From Brevinematales bacterium (GTDB taxonomy: Bacteria; Spirochaetota; Brevinematia; DTOW01): a DNA stretch of 64,000 bases. Positions 39,444 to 49,870 of the stretch are shown here, piece by piece. Made by a program: the position numbers and the translations under genes. Every line of letters starts with the position of its first letter. The stretch's first letter is position 1. The notes below the pieces were generated by a model. It was not told where the DNA came from, did not search any database, and worked only from the letters and a program-made list of their open reading frames with translations. The stretch lies in the NCBI GenBank assembly GCA_026415355.1, contig JAOAHF010000001.1, positions 74,022 through 138,021 of the forward strand, given 5' to 3'.

Positions 39444-40831
39444 AACTTCTCCTTTAGTTTATTTTCTAGGAATGAAGAAACTTCATTCAATCTCATAGCT
39501 CTTGAGCCTTTAACTAAGATTGTGTCACCTTCTTTTATTATGTAGTTTAACAAGTCTGCTATTTCATTTATGCTAGATACTGATATAACTTTATTTTTGT
39601 CTATACCTTTACTAATCATGTAGTCATGAACTAATGAAAAATTTTCTCCGTAGCATATTACAAAATCAATATTTTTTTGTATTAAATAATCTGCTATTTC
39701 TTCATGGAGTTTTTTAGACATTTCACCAAGCTCTAACATATCACCTAAAACTGCTATTTTTCTACCGTTTGTCCTAATGTTACTGAGTAAGTCAATGGCT
39801 CTTCTCATTGAATCGGGATTTGCATTATATGAGTCATCTATCAAGGTGAACCATCCTCTTATTACATTATTTCTCATTTCAGGTAGGGATAAGTTCTTGA
39901 CAATTGGTATTAGATCTTGTAATTTGATACCAAAGAATTTAGCAACTTCTAATCCTGCTATAAGATTTTCCATGTTATGTACTCCAGGAATAGGAGTTTC
40001 GAACTGAATTCCGTCATACTCGAAAACTAAACCATCTATACCTTTGTCGTTGGTTATCTTTGCTTTATTTACGTCAAAGTAGTGTATTTTTAATTGATAT
40101 TTTATTGCGTTAGATTCAAGAACATCTAGATATCTTGAATTTTTATTTAAAAAGACAACCCCTCCACTTTTTATACCTTCAAACAATTCAGATTTTGCTA
40201 GAGCAATATTTCTGACTGTTTTTAAAAACTCTATATGTGCGTAACCTATATTAGTTATAAGTCCTATATCAGGTGAAACTATTTTTGAAAGTTTTCTTAT
40301 TTCTCCTTTCTTATTCATACCTATTTCTAGCACTCCTATGTCAGTTTTTTCATCTATTCGGAACAATGATAGGGGTACACCTATGTTGTTATTAAAGCTT
40401 TTAGGTGAGAATTCAACATTGTACTTATATGATAATAGTTGAGAAATTAGATATTTTGTAGTTGTTTTCCCGGAACTTCCAGTTATTGCTATTATCTTCT
40501 TGGTGTTTATAAAGTCGTTTCTGTATGCCGTTCCTATATCCATAAGGGATTTGTAGGTATCTTTTACGACTATTAGATTAGAATTTGTGAATGGAAATCT
40601 TTGTGAGCTAAGATAATCAGATTCTACTATGAATGTGTCTATACCTTTTGAGATACATTCTTGGATGAAATTATGCCCATCGAAGTTTTTACCTTTCAAA
40701 GCAATAAAACATTCTCCGAGTTTTATAGTTCTTGAATCGGTTGAAATATTTGTTATAGTTTTTCTTCCATTTGATATAACGAGTTTTCCTTTTGATGCTT
40801 TTGCTAACCAACTAACAGAAACTTCAATCAT
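39440..40831 (-). CDS. murF: UDP-N-acetylmuramoyl-tripeptide--D-alanyl-D-alanine ligase
   Basis: Mur ligase P-loop IAITGSSGKTTTK, DDSYNANP and the C-terminal domain. The first ATG (40831) was chosen as start. The ORF-track start at 40885 is a TTG that adds 18 hydrophobic residues. Confidence 0.9.
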   Translation of the reverse strand: MIEVSVSWLAKASKGKLVISNGRKTITNISTDSRTIKLGECFIALKGKNFDGHNFIQECISKGIDTFIVESDYLSSQRFPFTNSNLIVVKDTYKSLMDIGTAYRNDFINTKKIIAITGSSGKTTTKYLISQLLSYKYNVEFSPKSFNNNIGVPLSLFRIDEKTDIGVLEIGMNKKGEIRKLSKIVSPDIGLITNIGYAHIEFLKTVRNIALAKSELFEGIKSGGVVFLNKNSRYLDVLESNAIKYQLKIHYFDVNKAKITNDKGIDGLVFEYDGIQFETPIPGVHNMENLIAGLEVAKFFGIKLQDLIPIVKNLSLPEMRNNVIRGWFTLIDDSYNANPDSMRRAIDLLSNIRTNGRKIAVLGDMLELGEMSKKLHEEIADYLIQKNIDFVICYGENFSLVHDYMISKGIDKNKVISVSSINEIADLLNYIIKEGDTILVKGSRAMRLNEVSSFLENKLKEKL

Positions 40832-40933
40832 ATACCTGTATTTTAAAAAATACCATGTGTTAAGTAAAAGTTTTACGTAGAGCAATCATTAAAAATTTTT
40901 ACTACAATCCGAAAAAATAAGAGAGGTGGATTT

Positions 40934-42658
40934 ATGGTAGGTATTGACTTTGGAACCACGAAATGTGCTATTGGATATTATGATAACGGAGAAGTAAAGA
41001 TAGTGACTGATAGAAGGGGGAAAAAAACTATACCTTCTGTTGTTGCCTTTTTGCCAGATGGTAGTGTTATAGTAGGTGAGGGGGCTAAAGGTAGGTTATT
41101 TATAGATAACAATAATGTAATTAAGTCTGTAAAGAGATATCTTGGTACAAATCATAGATTTGTTATAAATGAAAAAGAATATTCTCCAGAAGAGGTCGCA
41201 AGCTTTATATTATCGAAACTTAAAGAGATAGCAGAGTATTATTTAAATGAGATAGTTAAAGATATTGTTATAACTGTGCCTGCATATTTCTCAGATCTTC
41301 AAAGGAATGCTTTGAAGAATGCCTGTAAGCTTGCTGGTTTGAATGTTGTAAGAATAATAAATGAACCTACTGCTGCTGCTATTGCTTATGGTCTATCAAA
41401 GGTTGACGGTAATAAAAATATTGTAGTGTATGACCTTGGTGGTGGAACATTTGATGTATCCATACTTAATGTTAGTGATGGTGTTTTTGAAGTTTTGGCA
41501 ACTTCTGGTAACAATTCCTTAGGAGGTGAGGATTTTGACAGAGCAGTAGCAGAAGTTATAATAGAAGAATACAAAAATAAGGAAGGTATTGATTTATCAA
41601 GTGATAAAGTTATACTTCAGAAGCTTTATGAAGAAGTTGAAAAGGCAAAGATAAACTTGTCTGAAGAAGAAGTTGTTGAAGTAATAGTACCTTTTGTTGG
41701 TGCTACAGAGAATAGTATCAAGCATCTTACATTTACTCTAACGAGAGAAGAGTTTGAAAGAATAATATCTCCTTACATTGAAACGACGATAGAATTGGTT
41801 GAGAAGACTATTAAAGATGCTGGTTTAAGAAAGGAAGATATACATCATTTACTTATGGTTGGTGGATCATCGAAAATACCTTATGTTAGAAGAAGAGTTG
41901 AGAGTACTCTTGGGGTGAAGGCAGAAAGTGGCATCTCTCCTGACGAAGTTGTTGCTATGGGTGCTGCTATACAAGCAGGTATAATTAGAGGTGAAGTTAA
42001 AGGTATAGCACTAGTAGATGTTACACCTCTTTCTCTTGGGGTTGAGATAGATGGTGGTATATTTATACCTATAATTCATAGGAATACTCCCATACCAACG
42101 TCGGCAAGTAGAATATTTACAACCATCACAGACAACCAGGAATCTGTCGAGATACATATACTTCAGGGCGAAAGACCTTTGGCAAAAGATAATATATCCC
42201 TTGGTAAGTTTGAACTAAAGGGTATAAGAAAAGCTAAAAAAGGTGAACCAAGGATAGAAGTGAGATTTCAAATAAATATAGATGGAATGTTAAGTGTGTC
42301 TGCAGTTGATTTGTCAACAGGAGCATCTCAAACAGTTCACATAAAAGATAGAATGATACTTAGTGATGAAGAGATTAATAAAATAATACGGGAAAGTGAA
42401 AAAAATAAGCAGAAAGATGAAGAAATAAGAAAAATAGGTCTATTGAGAAGTAAATATAATATGATATCTTCGACAATACAAGAGAAAATAACATCAATAA
42501 AAGAGAGTGATAGGGATCTTTATAGGGAAATAGCAGAACTTATGGATACGATAGAGAAGCTTTTCAATCAGTATGAAGTAGAAAAAATAGAGATAAAGCT
42601 CAAAGAACTGAAATTTTTGTATGATCAGTTTGTTGAGAAATCTTTTGTACTAAGATAA
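40934..42658 (+). CDS. Hsp70-family protein (DnaK-like paralog with short C-terminal lid)
   Basis: GIDFGTTKCAIGYY (phosphate-1), VITVPAYFSDLQRNA, VVRIINEPTAAAIAYGL, DLGGGTFDVSIL (phosphate-2), and a substrate-binding beta domain (VDVTPLSLGVEIDGGIF). At 574 aa it is several residues off DnaK consensus (TTKC instead of TTNS). No grpE or dnaJ nearby. RBS GAGAGGTGG. Confidence 0.85.
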   Translation: MVGIDFGTTKCAIGYYDNGEVKIVTDRRGKKTIPSVVAFLPDGSVIVGEGAKGRLFIDNNNVIKSVKRYLGTNHRFVINEKEYSPEEVASFILSKLKEIAEYYLNEIVKDIVITVPAYFSDLQRNALKNACKLAGLNVVRIINEPTAAAIAYGLSKVDGNKNIVVYDLGGGTFDVSILNVSDGVFEVLATSGNNSLGGEDFDRAVAEVIIEEYKNKEGIDLSSDKVILQKLYEEVEKAKINLSEEEVVEVIVPFVGATENSIKHLTFTLTREEFERIISPYIETTIELVEKTIKDAGLRKEDIHHLLMVGGSSKIPYVRRRVESTLGVKAESGISPDEVVAMGAAIQAGIIRGEVKGIALVDVTPLSLGVEIDGGIFIPIIHRNTPIPTSASRIFTTITDNQESVEIHILQGERPLAKDNISLGKFELKGIRKAKKGEPRIEVRFQINIDGMLSVSAVDLSTGASQTVHIKDRMILSDEEINKIIRESEKNKQKDEEIRKIGLLRSKYNMISSTIQEKITSIKESDRDLYREIAELMDTIEKLFNQYEVEKIEIKLKELKFLYDQFVEKSFVLR

Positions 42659-44401
42659 TTTAGATCTCAATTCATCTATGTATTTTTTTATAAAACTTAT
42701 GCTTTCATGGAGTTTTTCAATGTTTTGAATTAGATTCGAATAGTTTTCGTACATAAGTTGTGTTTCTTTTATGAAACCATATAAGTTTCTCATGTTTTCT
42801 ACTGTTTCTTGGATATCAGAGTTTTCAGATGTAATCATGGAGAAAATTTTATCTTTGATGTTGGATAGATTAGATAACTTGTGTGATACTTCAGAGATTT
42901 CTTTAAGAATGTTGCTAAATAATAAATGTATCTCTTCTTCTTCTTGAGAAACATTATAGCTTATTTGAAAACTATCTATTTCTTGATTGAGTTTTTCCTG
43001 TAAATTATTTAGTTTTGAGTTTAGTTCGTTTAGATTATTTGTTAGTGTTGTTAATGATTGAGTTGATATTATAACTTCATCTAGTATCTTAAGCATTTCT
43101 TCTGAAAGGATGTTTGAGAAGTTTGAACTAGATTTTATCTTTGAACCTAGTATTGAGATGTTTATGAGCATAACTTTTGTATCAATGAAGTATCTATTTA
43201 TTTCTTCTGGAAAAGATATTGTATAGGTGAAGTCTAATGATAAGTTGCTTTTGAAATTATCTTTGTTTTTTAGGTATTCTTCGAGTTTTTTTGAACTTCC
43301 TTTCAAGATATTAGCTTTTTTAGAAAAATTGAGTATTTTTTGGTATTTATTTGACAAGTCGTCTTTTATATCTTTGATTTTTATAGTTTCAGTATAGGAT
43401 GATATTTGCTTCAGTATTTCATTTGTTGTTTCTGCATTTCTCTTTATGATGTTATTTATGCTTGAAAACGACTTATTTATTTCATCTATTATTGCTTGGG
43501 TTATTTTTGGTAGTTCTTGTATGTTTTTTATTTCTTTTTCTGTACTTGTTATCAAATTCAATAAATTATTGATTTCGTCGATTACTTCTTTATTACTTGT
43601 TTCAAGGTTTTTCTTAGTTTCTTCTATCATCCTTATAGAGAGTTTGTTGTATTTCATTGCTACTAGGTGTCTATTTACCACTAAAGACATGACAACTATA
43701 GAGAATAGTGATATACCTGTTCCAAGTAGAGATGGTAAGTAAGGATATATATTTATGATGTCATAAAGTTCAAGTAATTCAAGGATTCCAAAAAATATTA
43801 TTACCGAAATACCATAGATTGTAGGTTTATAGATATAGTCGAACTTAGTGTTTATCTTCCTTGCTAGTGTTATTAGCATTAAAAACTCAGAAATTACAAC
43901 TATAGCGAAATAGACTATGAATAAACTAAATAGAGGTCCTTCCTGAGCCATGTATTTGTTTATACTAAGTTTGAGAGTGTCTTTTAGGAAAAATTTTTCA
44001 GAAAAGAAGGTCAAATACATTATTACTAACCCTGAGATTAGGAGTATAAAAAATTTGATTTTTGATATAGTATTATCCAGAAGAACTAAGGATATACTTG
44101 AAAGAAGAATAAGTCCTATTGTGAGAAGTAGTATCTCGAGTTTTGACAACAGTATTATGGTTTCTTTATTTTGCTGTATTCTTATACTGTCACCAGTGTT
44201 AAATCCAAAAATACCTAGTAAGAAGTTTGAAATAATATATCCTGAGAGTGTTAGGGATATGAAAAATATGAGTACTAAAAATGGTCTTACCTTTTTTTCT
44301 ATGATTATCATTATAATCAATCCTATTAAGGATACTAAGGAAAGTGGTAGTATTACGAGAGGGCCTATTAGAAGGATTGTGTCTTGGATACTTTGAGTCA
44401 T
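42650..44401 (-). CDS. hypothetical membrane protein: N-terminal about 7 TM + long C-terminal coiled-coil/low-complexity region
   Basis: 583 aa with a hydrophobic N-terminal half and a Lys/Glu/Asn/Ile/Ser-rich helical repeat C-terminal half. No MCP, HAMP or kinase signature. The 3' end overlaps the Hsp70 gene's 3' end by 9 nt (convergent). Confidence 0.55.
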   Translation of the reverse strand: MTQSIQDTILLIGPLVILPLSLVSLIGLIIMIIIEKKVRPFLVLIFFISLTLSGYIISNFLLGIFGFNTGDSIRIQQNKETIILLSKLEILLLTIGLILLSSISLVLLDNTISKIKFFILLISGLVIMYLTFFSEKFFLKDTLKLSINKYMAQEGPLFSLFIVYFAIVVISEFLMLITLARKINTKFDYIYKPTIYGISVIIFFGILELLELYDIINIYPYLPSLLGTGISLFSIVVMSLVVNRHLVAMKYNKLSIRMIEETKKNLETSNKEVIDEINNLLNLITSTEKEIKNIQELPKITQAIIDEINKSFSSINNIIKRNAETTNEILKQISSYTETIKIKDIKDDLSNKYQKILNFSKKANILKGSSKKLEEYLKNKDNFKSNLSLDFTYTISFPEEINRYFIDTKVMLINISILGSKIKSSSNFSNILSEEMLKILDEVIISTQSLTTLTNNLNELNSKLNNLQEKLNQEIDSFQISYNVSQEEEEIHLLFSNILKEISEVSHKLSNLSNIKDKIFSMITSENSDIQETVENMRNLYGFIKETQLMYENYSNLIQNIEKLHESISFIKKYIDELRSKLS

Positions 44402-44470
44402 ATAGAGTTAATTTGGAACATAGTAAGAATATCTTTCAACTTTTGGAATTTATTTTTTAAAATAATTTCT

Positions 44471-44833
44471 ATGAAGAAACATCTTATGGATTATTTGAAG
44501 AATTTGTCTTCTCTTGATGAGATTTTTGCGTTTATTCATAGAAACAATATTGAGTTTTCTGATAGAGATATAAATGAGTTACAGGATTATGTTATAAAGC
44601 AAGATCAGAGAGGTAAGTGGTGTATTCTTTTAGCTGAAAAGTTTAATGGTAAAGTTGATATATCTAAGATTGAAGATGCTGTAATCAAAAAGGATAGGAC
44701 TGGTCAGTTTTGTTATATACTAGCTAAAAATGTTCCTAATGTTGATATTGAAAAACTAAGGAAAGCAGTCTATGAGAAGGATCATAGCGGTGTATGGAAG
44801 ATGAAATTTGATGAAAACATTGGAAAAAAGTAG
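44471..44833 (+). CDS. small protein with three about 30-aa WG/KWG-like repeats
   Basis: Repeats VIKQDQRGKWCILLAEKFNGKVDISKIEDA / VIKKDRTGQFCYILAKNVPNVDIEKLRKA / VYEKDHSGVWKMKFDEN. Start set at ATG 44471 (MKKHLMDYL). The ORF-track TTG start at 44384 overlaps the convergent gene. Ends 4 nt before radA. Confidence 0.45.
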   Translation: MKKHLMDYLKNLSSLDEIFAFIHRNNIEFSDRDINELQDYVIKQDQRGKWCILLAEKFNGKVDISKIEDAVIKKDRTGQFCYILAKNVPNVDIEKLRKAVYEKDHSGVWKMKFDENIGKK

Positions 44834-44836
44834 CTT

Positions 44837-46183
44837 ATGTCTAAGCAAAAGACAATTTTTGTGTGTCAGGTTTGCGGGTATGAAAGTCTGAGATGGTTAG
44901 GTAAGTGTCCTTCTTGTGGTGAATGGAATACTTTTGCAGAAGAAGAAAAGTACGAACAGCCGAGAAGTAAAGGTGTAGTGATACTTGAGAAGGCTTATCC
45001 TAAGACTATAACTGAAATTGAGTACTCCGAAAAGAAGAGAATTTCGACAAATCTTAAACAGATTGACAGTATTCTAAATGGAGGTCTTGTTCAGGGACAG
45101 GTTATATTGTTGGCAGGGGAGCCTGGCATAGGCAAATCAACGCTTATGCTTCAGATAGCAAATTCTATTTCAAAAAACGGCAAACTACTTTATGTAAATA
45201 GCGAGGAATCAAACGAGCAGGTAAAAATAAGAAGCAATCGTTTGAATGTAAATAGCCAGAATCTTCTCTTGTATCCAGAGAATAGGTTAGAAGATATAAT
45301 TCAGACACTAGTATCGGGTGATTTTAAGTTTCTTATTATTGATTCCATACAAAATATATATTCTGAAAAGTTTTTATCATCGCCAGGTAGTGTAACTCAG
45401 GTTAGGGAGGCAACTTCAAGAATTACTGAGATATCAAAGTACAAAAATATAACAACATTTATAGTAGGTCATATTAACAAAGAAGGTATGATAGCAGGTC
45501 CTAAAGCTATAGAGCATATTGTTGATACGATAATAATGATTGACAAGGATAATAAGGGGAATTATAGAGTTTTAAGAACTGTTAAGAACCGTTTTGGTCC
45601 TACGAATAGTATAGCAATATATAGTTTGTCTAACAGAGGACTTGAAGATGTTCCGGATATATCTACGTTAGTTAGTCATACACCTTCACTTGTTGGTAGC
45701 GTTTTATGTCCTGTTGTTGAAGGAGTCAGGAGTATAGTTGTTGAAGTTCAATCTCTTGTGAATCCTACACAATTTGGTTTCGCTAAACGTACCGCAGACG
45801 GAATAGATATAAATAGACTTTATATGTTATCAGCAATACTTGATAAATACTTGAATACTAAACTATCTTTATATGATATATACTTGAATATAACGACTGG
45901 TTTTGAGGTTAAGGAGACTGCTACAGATCTCGCGGTTGCATTATCGATATTGTCGAGTCTTAAGAATAAGGAAATACCAAGAGATATAGGTGTCTTTGGA
46001 GAAATAGGTCTTGGTGGTGAAATAAGACCTATACCTTGGTTTGAAATCAGAATATCAGAATTACAAAGAATAGGTGTAAAAAAAGCCATAGTTCCGAAAA
46101 ATAATAAACCGTCGGAAATTCAAACCGATATCCAAATAGTAGAAGTAGAAAATGTATATGATATATTGTCAATTATTACTTGA
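44837..46183 (+). CDS. radA: DNA repair protein RadA/Sms
   Basis: N-terminal zinc finger CQVCGYES...CPSCGEW, RecA-like Walker A LLAGEPGIGKSTLMLQ, KNRFG motif, and a C-terminal Lon-protease-like domain. Confidence 0.95.
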   Translation: MSKQKTIFVCQVCGYESLRWLGKCPSCGEWNTFAEEEKYEQPRSKGVVILEKAYPKTITEIEYSEKKRISTNLKQIDSILNGGLVQGQVILLAGEPGIGKSTLMLQIANSISKNGKLLYVNSEESNEQVKIRSNRLNVNSQNLLLYPENRLEDIIQTLVSGDFKFLIIDSIQNIYSEKFLSSPGSVTQVREATSRITEISKYKNITTFIVGHINKEGMIAGPKAIEHIVDTIIMIDKDNKGNYRVLRTVKNRFGPTNSIAIYSLSNRGLEDVPDISTLVSHTPSLVGSVLCPVVEGVRSIVVEVQSLVNPTQFGFAKRTADGIDINRLYMLSAILDKYLNTKLSLYDIYLNITTGFEVKETATDLAVALSILSSLKNKEIPRDIGVFGEIGLGGEIRPIPWFEIRISELQRIGVKKAIVPKNNKPSEIQTDIQIVEVENVYDILSIIT

Positions 46184-46342
46184 CTATTCACGTTGTATCC
46201 TTAGCTTTCTATAGTTGATGGGGAAACGATTATCGGTTCAAACTTAGACTTTGCTACTTAAATTACTTGTGAAGTTTTGATTGTATGTGGTTGATTTGAA
46301 TTTTAGAAATTTTTATGAAGTATCCGAAAATTCTAAATAAAT

Positions 46343-47272
46343 ATGTCTAACTTTGTTGATATAACTAATAGAGTTGAAAAAAACCCTAATAAAAGGTATT
46401 CAATAACTGTTGCTTACATAGGTAAGAAAAGTTTATATGCTTTTAAAAATAGGATGGATGATATTATTTCTTTTTTCGGTTCAATCTCAAACATTGAGAT
46501 CATGTATGTTGATACTTCAAAGACTGATATAACTGATGCTGGTGATATTCTTAACAAAGCTAGGATAATAATACCTGATAATGATATATCTATAACTGAG
46601 GCAGTAAATAATGCCATAATGCTTGCAAGTGCTCAACTGGTTTTGGTTATGACTGTTAACTATAGACCTTCTATACTCAATACTAAAAACGTTAGAGATG
46701 TGTTTAGTACTGAACCTACGCTTATGTGTATAACCCCAACATTATCTTACCAAGGTAAACGAGTTACCGAAACAGTTAAGTTAAGTATAATTAATGATAC
46801 TCTTGATGTTGTTATACTTGAAAATGCTAAAAACCCAGCAACTCTTACTCCGAACCATTTTCTAGGAATATACAATAAAAATCTGTTTAAGTCTATAGGT
46901 GGTTATTTGACGAATCTTCCAACATATTTGTCTATGATAGAATTCGGAATAAGGACTTGGAGCAGTGGTGGTATAATAATATCGGCGAAAGATTTTTTGG
47001 TAGATAAGATAGCTGATTTTGATATACCTACAAGTGTACTGCAAAAGGATTATTCTCAACCTACTTTTAGGTATTTCCTTTCAAAGAAACCTCTGTTGAG
47101 GATTGTAGTGGATCTGCTAAAAGTACCATTACAATTTATTTCTCTAAGGTTTAAGGATATTTCTTCTACTTTTGTTGAAATAGCTACGTATTTAAAGAAT
47201 AAAAACTCGCTTTTTATTTTAACTCCTGAGATAGAAAAGATATCCTCAATAATAAGTTATTATGAAGATTAG
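46343..47272 (+). CDS. hypothetical protein, weak glycosyltransferase-2-like N-terminal pattern
   Basis: 309 aa. YSITVAYIGKKS...IEIMYVDTSKTD...ITEAVNNAIMLASAQLVLVMTVNYRP loosely follows the GT-A order (N-terminal beta-strand, DxD-like region), with no clear DxD motif. Confidence 0.4.
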   Translation: MSNFVDITNRVEKNPNKRYSITVAYIGKKSLYAFKNRMDDIISFFGSISNIEIMYVDTSKTDITDAGDILNKARIIIPDNDISITEAVNNAIMLASAQLVLVMTVNYRPSILNTKNVRDVFSTEPTLMCITPTLSYQGKRVTETVKLSIINDTLDVVILENAKNPATLTPNHFLGIYNKNLFKSIGGYLTNLPTYLSMIEFGIRTWSSGGIIISAKDFLVDKIADFDIPTSVLQKDYSQPTFRYFLSKKPLLRIVVDLLKVPLQFISLRFKDISSTFVEIATYLKNKNSLFILTPEIEKISSIISYYED

Positions 47273-47436
47273 TTAGGTTTGAACATTTTTCTTTAGGTTG
47301 AGTTGTTGAATCTTATCTAAATTGGGGTGTTCGGTAAACTATGTTTTTATGGTTTACTTATAACTTTGTTTTAAATTCTATTGAACTCTTACGATAAATT
47401 GAATTCAGAGCGTAAGTTAGTTTATAAATCCATTCT

Positions 47437-49296
47437 ATGGATTGGAAGAAAACAATATTTTCGGAAGTAAATTATGATTTTGTTTCAAATCCTTATCCAA
47501 GATTTAATGAGTACATAAAAGTGAGTTTTAGAGTTTTGAGAAATAACCCTATAAGAAATGTTTATATGAGAGCTATTATTGATGGAGGATCCAAATACAT
47601 AAAGATGACTATTTCTAGACAAACAAACTATTTTACCTACTATGAAGGGTGGTTAAAGGTGTCTCAGAAATTTATAAACTATCACTTCGTGATTGATATT
47701 GGTAGTGAAGTTTTATTTTATACCAGAAAAGGTATATTCACGTATGTTCCTACAGAAGATAACGATTTTGTCATAATAGCGGAATTTGAAAATCCTGATT
47801 GGGTTCCAGGTAGTGTTTTTTATCAGATATTCCCTGATAGATTTAATCAGGGCAAACCTGAAATAAGCGTAAAAACTGGCGAGTATGAGTACCGAAGACA
47901 TAAGACTATAAAATTAGACTGGGGTACAGATCCTTTACCATATCATCAAGGGTTTTGTCTTGATTTTCTAGGTGGAGACTTATATGGAATAAAAGATAAG
48001 ATATGGTACCTCAAGTCTATAGGGGTGAATGCTTTGTATCTTAACCCTATATTCAAAGCTATGACTAACCATAGATATGATACTATTGACTATTTCAGTG
48101 TTGATCCACATTTAGGTGGTAATGAAGCTCTCAGGGAATTAGTAGATGAGTTGCATAAAAACGATATGAAAATTATACTTGATATTTCGATAAATCATAC
48201 GGGGGATCAGCATATTTGGTTTAAGAAGGCTCTTTTGGACATTAATTCTGAGGAAAGAGGTTTTTACTACTTCAATGAAAAGAATGAATACAGAGGATGG
48301 GCTGGATTATCTGAACTTCCTCAGCTAAACTACAACTCAAAGAAGTTGAGAGAAATAATATTTGAAGATGATGACTCTGTTGTAAAGTATTACATAAAAC
48401 AATTTGATATAGATGGTTGGAGGTTTGATGTTGCGAACGACACGGGTAGAAATGGTATAGATCAGTTCGGGAATGAGATATTTAAGAGAATAAGAGAAGG
48501 AGTTAAGAGTATCAAGAAAAATGCTTATCTAATAGGTGAACATTGGGAAGATAACATAAGTTATTTACTAGGAGATCAACTAGATGGATGTATGAATTAT
48601 TTTGCCTCTCTAAGACCGATTAGATCATTTGCTGGAGAAGTTGATTGGTTTCTGAGAAATGTAGTTGAGCCGGGTAGGAAGCTAAGACCAAGTACAGGGG
48701 TAGAACTAGAAGCTCAAATACAACAACATTATACAAGATTACCTAATCAGATAGCGTTCTTGCAGTACAACTTGTTAGGATCTCATGATATATTCAGATT
48801 CCACAATACTATTTATTTCGATAGAGATATATACAAGGGAATGCTTATTATTCTCTTCCTTCTTCCTGGAGCAACATCGATATATTATGGTGATGAAATA
48901 GCCTTAAGAGGAAGAACTAGTGATATTGAAGGATGTAGATATCCTATGGAGTGGGATGAAAGTAAATGGGATAGGTATTTTTTGAATCTTTACTCAACTC
49001 TTGCTAAGTTAAAGAGATCAGAGAAAACATTACATCTTGGTGCTTATAGACCTGTTTATGCTGATGAGGATACGTTTGCTTTTGCAAGGTTTGATTTGGA
49101 GAAATGTTTCATAGGGTTTATTAGTAGGTCCCAAGTTGAAAAAGAAATAACTATACCTACTTATCACCTTGGAGTTTTTGATGAAAGTGGTAAAGACATC
49201 TTTACTGGAGAAGAGTTTAGGTCTAAAGATGGTTATTTAACACTTAAAATTTCAAAGAAAAAGCAATGCTTAATTTCGTTTAAGGTACAGGGATAA
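47437..49296 (+). CDS. GH13-family alpha-glucan hydrolase (cyclomaltodextrinase/neopullulanase-like, intracellular)
   Basis: N-terminal CBM-like domain, then GH13 regions [45 protein letters not shown] (nucleophile), EHWE (acid/base) and GSHD. No signal peptide. Confidence 0.85.
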   Translation: MDWKKTIFSEVNYDFVSNPYPRFNEYIKVSFRVLRNNPIRNVYMRAIIDGGSKYIKMTISRQTNYFTYYEGWLKVSQKFINYHFVIDIGSEVLFYTRKGIFTYVPTEDNDFVIIAEFENPDWVPGSVFYQIFPDRFNQGKPEISVKTGEYEYRRHKTIKLDWGTDPLPYHQGFCLDFLGGDLYGIKDKIWYLKSIGVNALYLNPIFKAMTNHRYDTIDYFSVDPHLGGNEALRELVDELHKNDMKIILDISINHTGDQHIWFKKALLDINSEERGFYYFNEKNEYRGWAGLSELPQLNYNSKKLREIIFEDDDSVVKYYIKQFDIDGWRFDVANDTGRNGIDQFGNEIFKRIREGVKSIKKNAYLIGEHWEDNISYLLGDQLDGCMNYFASLRPIRSFAGEVDWFLRNVVEPGRKLRPSTGVELEAQIQQHYTRLPNQIAFLQYNLLGSHDIFRFHNTIYFDRDIYKGMLIILFLLPGATSIYYGDEIALRGRTSDIEGCRYPMEWDESKWDRYFLNLYSTLAKLKRSEKTLHLGAYRPVYADEDTFAFARFDLEKCFIGFISRSQVEKEITIPTYHLGVFDESGKDIFTGEEFRSKDGYLTLKISKKKQCLISFKVQG

Positions 49297-49336
49297 TCTT
49301 AATTTAAGTGTACAAGATTGTATTTTGGGGGTTGTT

Positions 49337-49870
49337 ATGAAAATAAAATCGACTACAGTTATAGGTATATTGAAGGATGATAGGCTTGTTATGGGTGGAG
49401 ATGGACAAGTTACTTTTGGTGATACAGTGCTTAAGTCAAATGCTAGGAAGATAAGAAGGATATTTGATGATAAGGTTTTGGTGGGATTTGCTGGAGCTAC
49501 TGCTGATGCATTTGCTTTGCTTGAAAGATTTGAAGGACATCTTAAAGAGAATAATGGGAATATACTTAAGGCTTCTGTAGCTCTTGCCAAGGAATGGCGA
49601 ACAGATAAACTACTTAGAAGACTTGAAGCCCTTATGATAGTGGGTAATAAGGAAAAAATACTTATAGTTTCTGGAACTGGAGATGTTATAGAACCAGAAG
49701 ATAACATAGCATCTATTGGATCAGGGGGACCTTATGCACTAGCGGCAGCAAGAGCATTTATCAAAGCAAATCCAAACCTTGATCCAAAGTTCATAGTAGA
49801 AGAGTCACTTAAGATTGCAGGAGACATATGTATATACACTAACCGAAATATAACTGTTGAGGAATTATGA
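49337..49870 (+). CDS. hslV: ATP-dependent protease subunit HslV
   Basis: [41 protein letters not shown]...[10 protein letters not shown] (Ntn-Thr hydrolase, HslV family). ATG at 49337 follows a GGGGG RBS. The stop overlaps the next gene (ATGA). Confidence 0.95.
   Translation: MKIKSTTVIGILKDDRLVMGGDGQVTFGDTVLKSNARKIRRIFDDKVLVGFAGATADAFALLERFEGHLKENNGNILKASVALAKEWRTDKLLRRLEALMIVGNKEKILIVSGTGDVIEPEDNIASIGSGGPYALAAARAFIKANPNLDPKFIVEESLKIAGDICIYTNRNITVEEL

Noticed and set aside
40934-42658. Considered the Hsp70 gene as a truncated or pseudogenised dnaK
   Set aside because: The reading frame is intact with a complete NBD and SBD-beta. A short lid also occurs in bona fide Thermotoga-type DnaK (about 596 aa), so it is better treated as an intact Hsp70-family gene.
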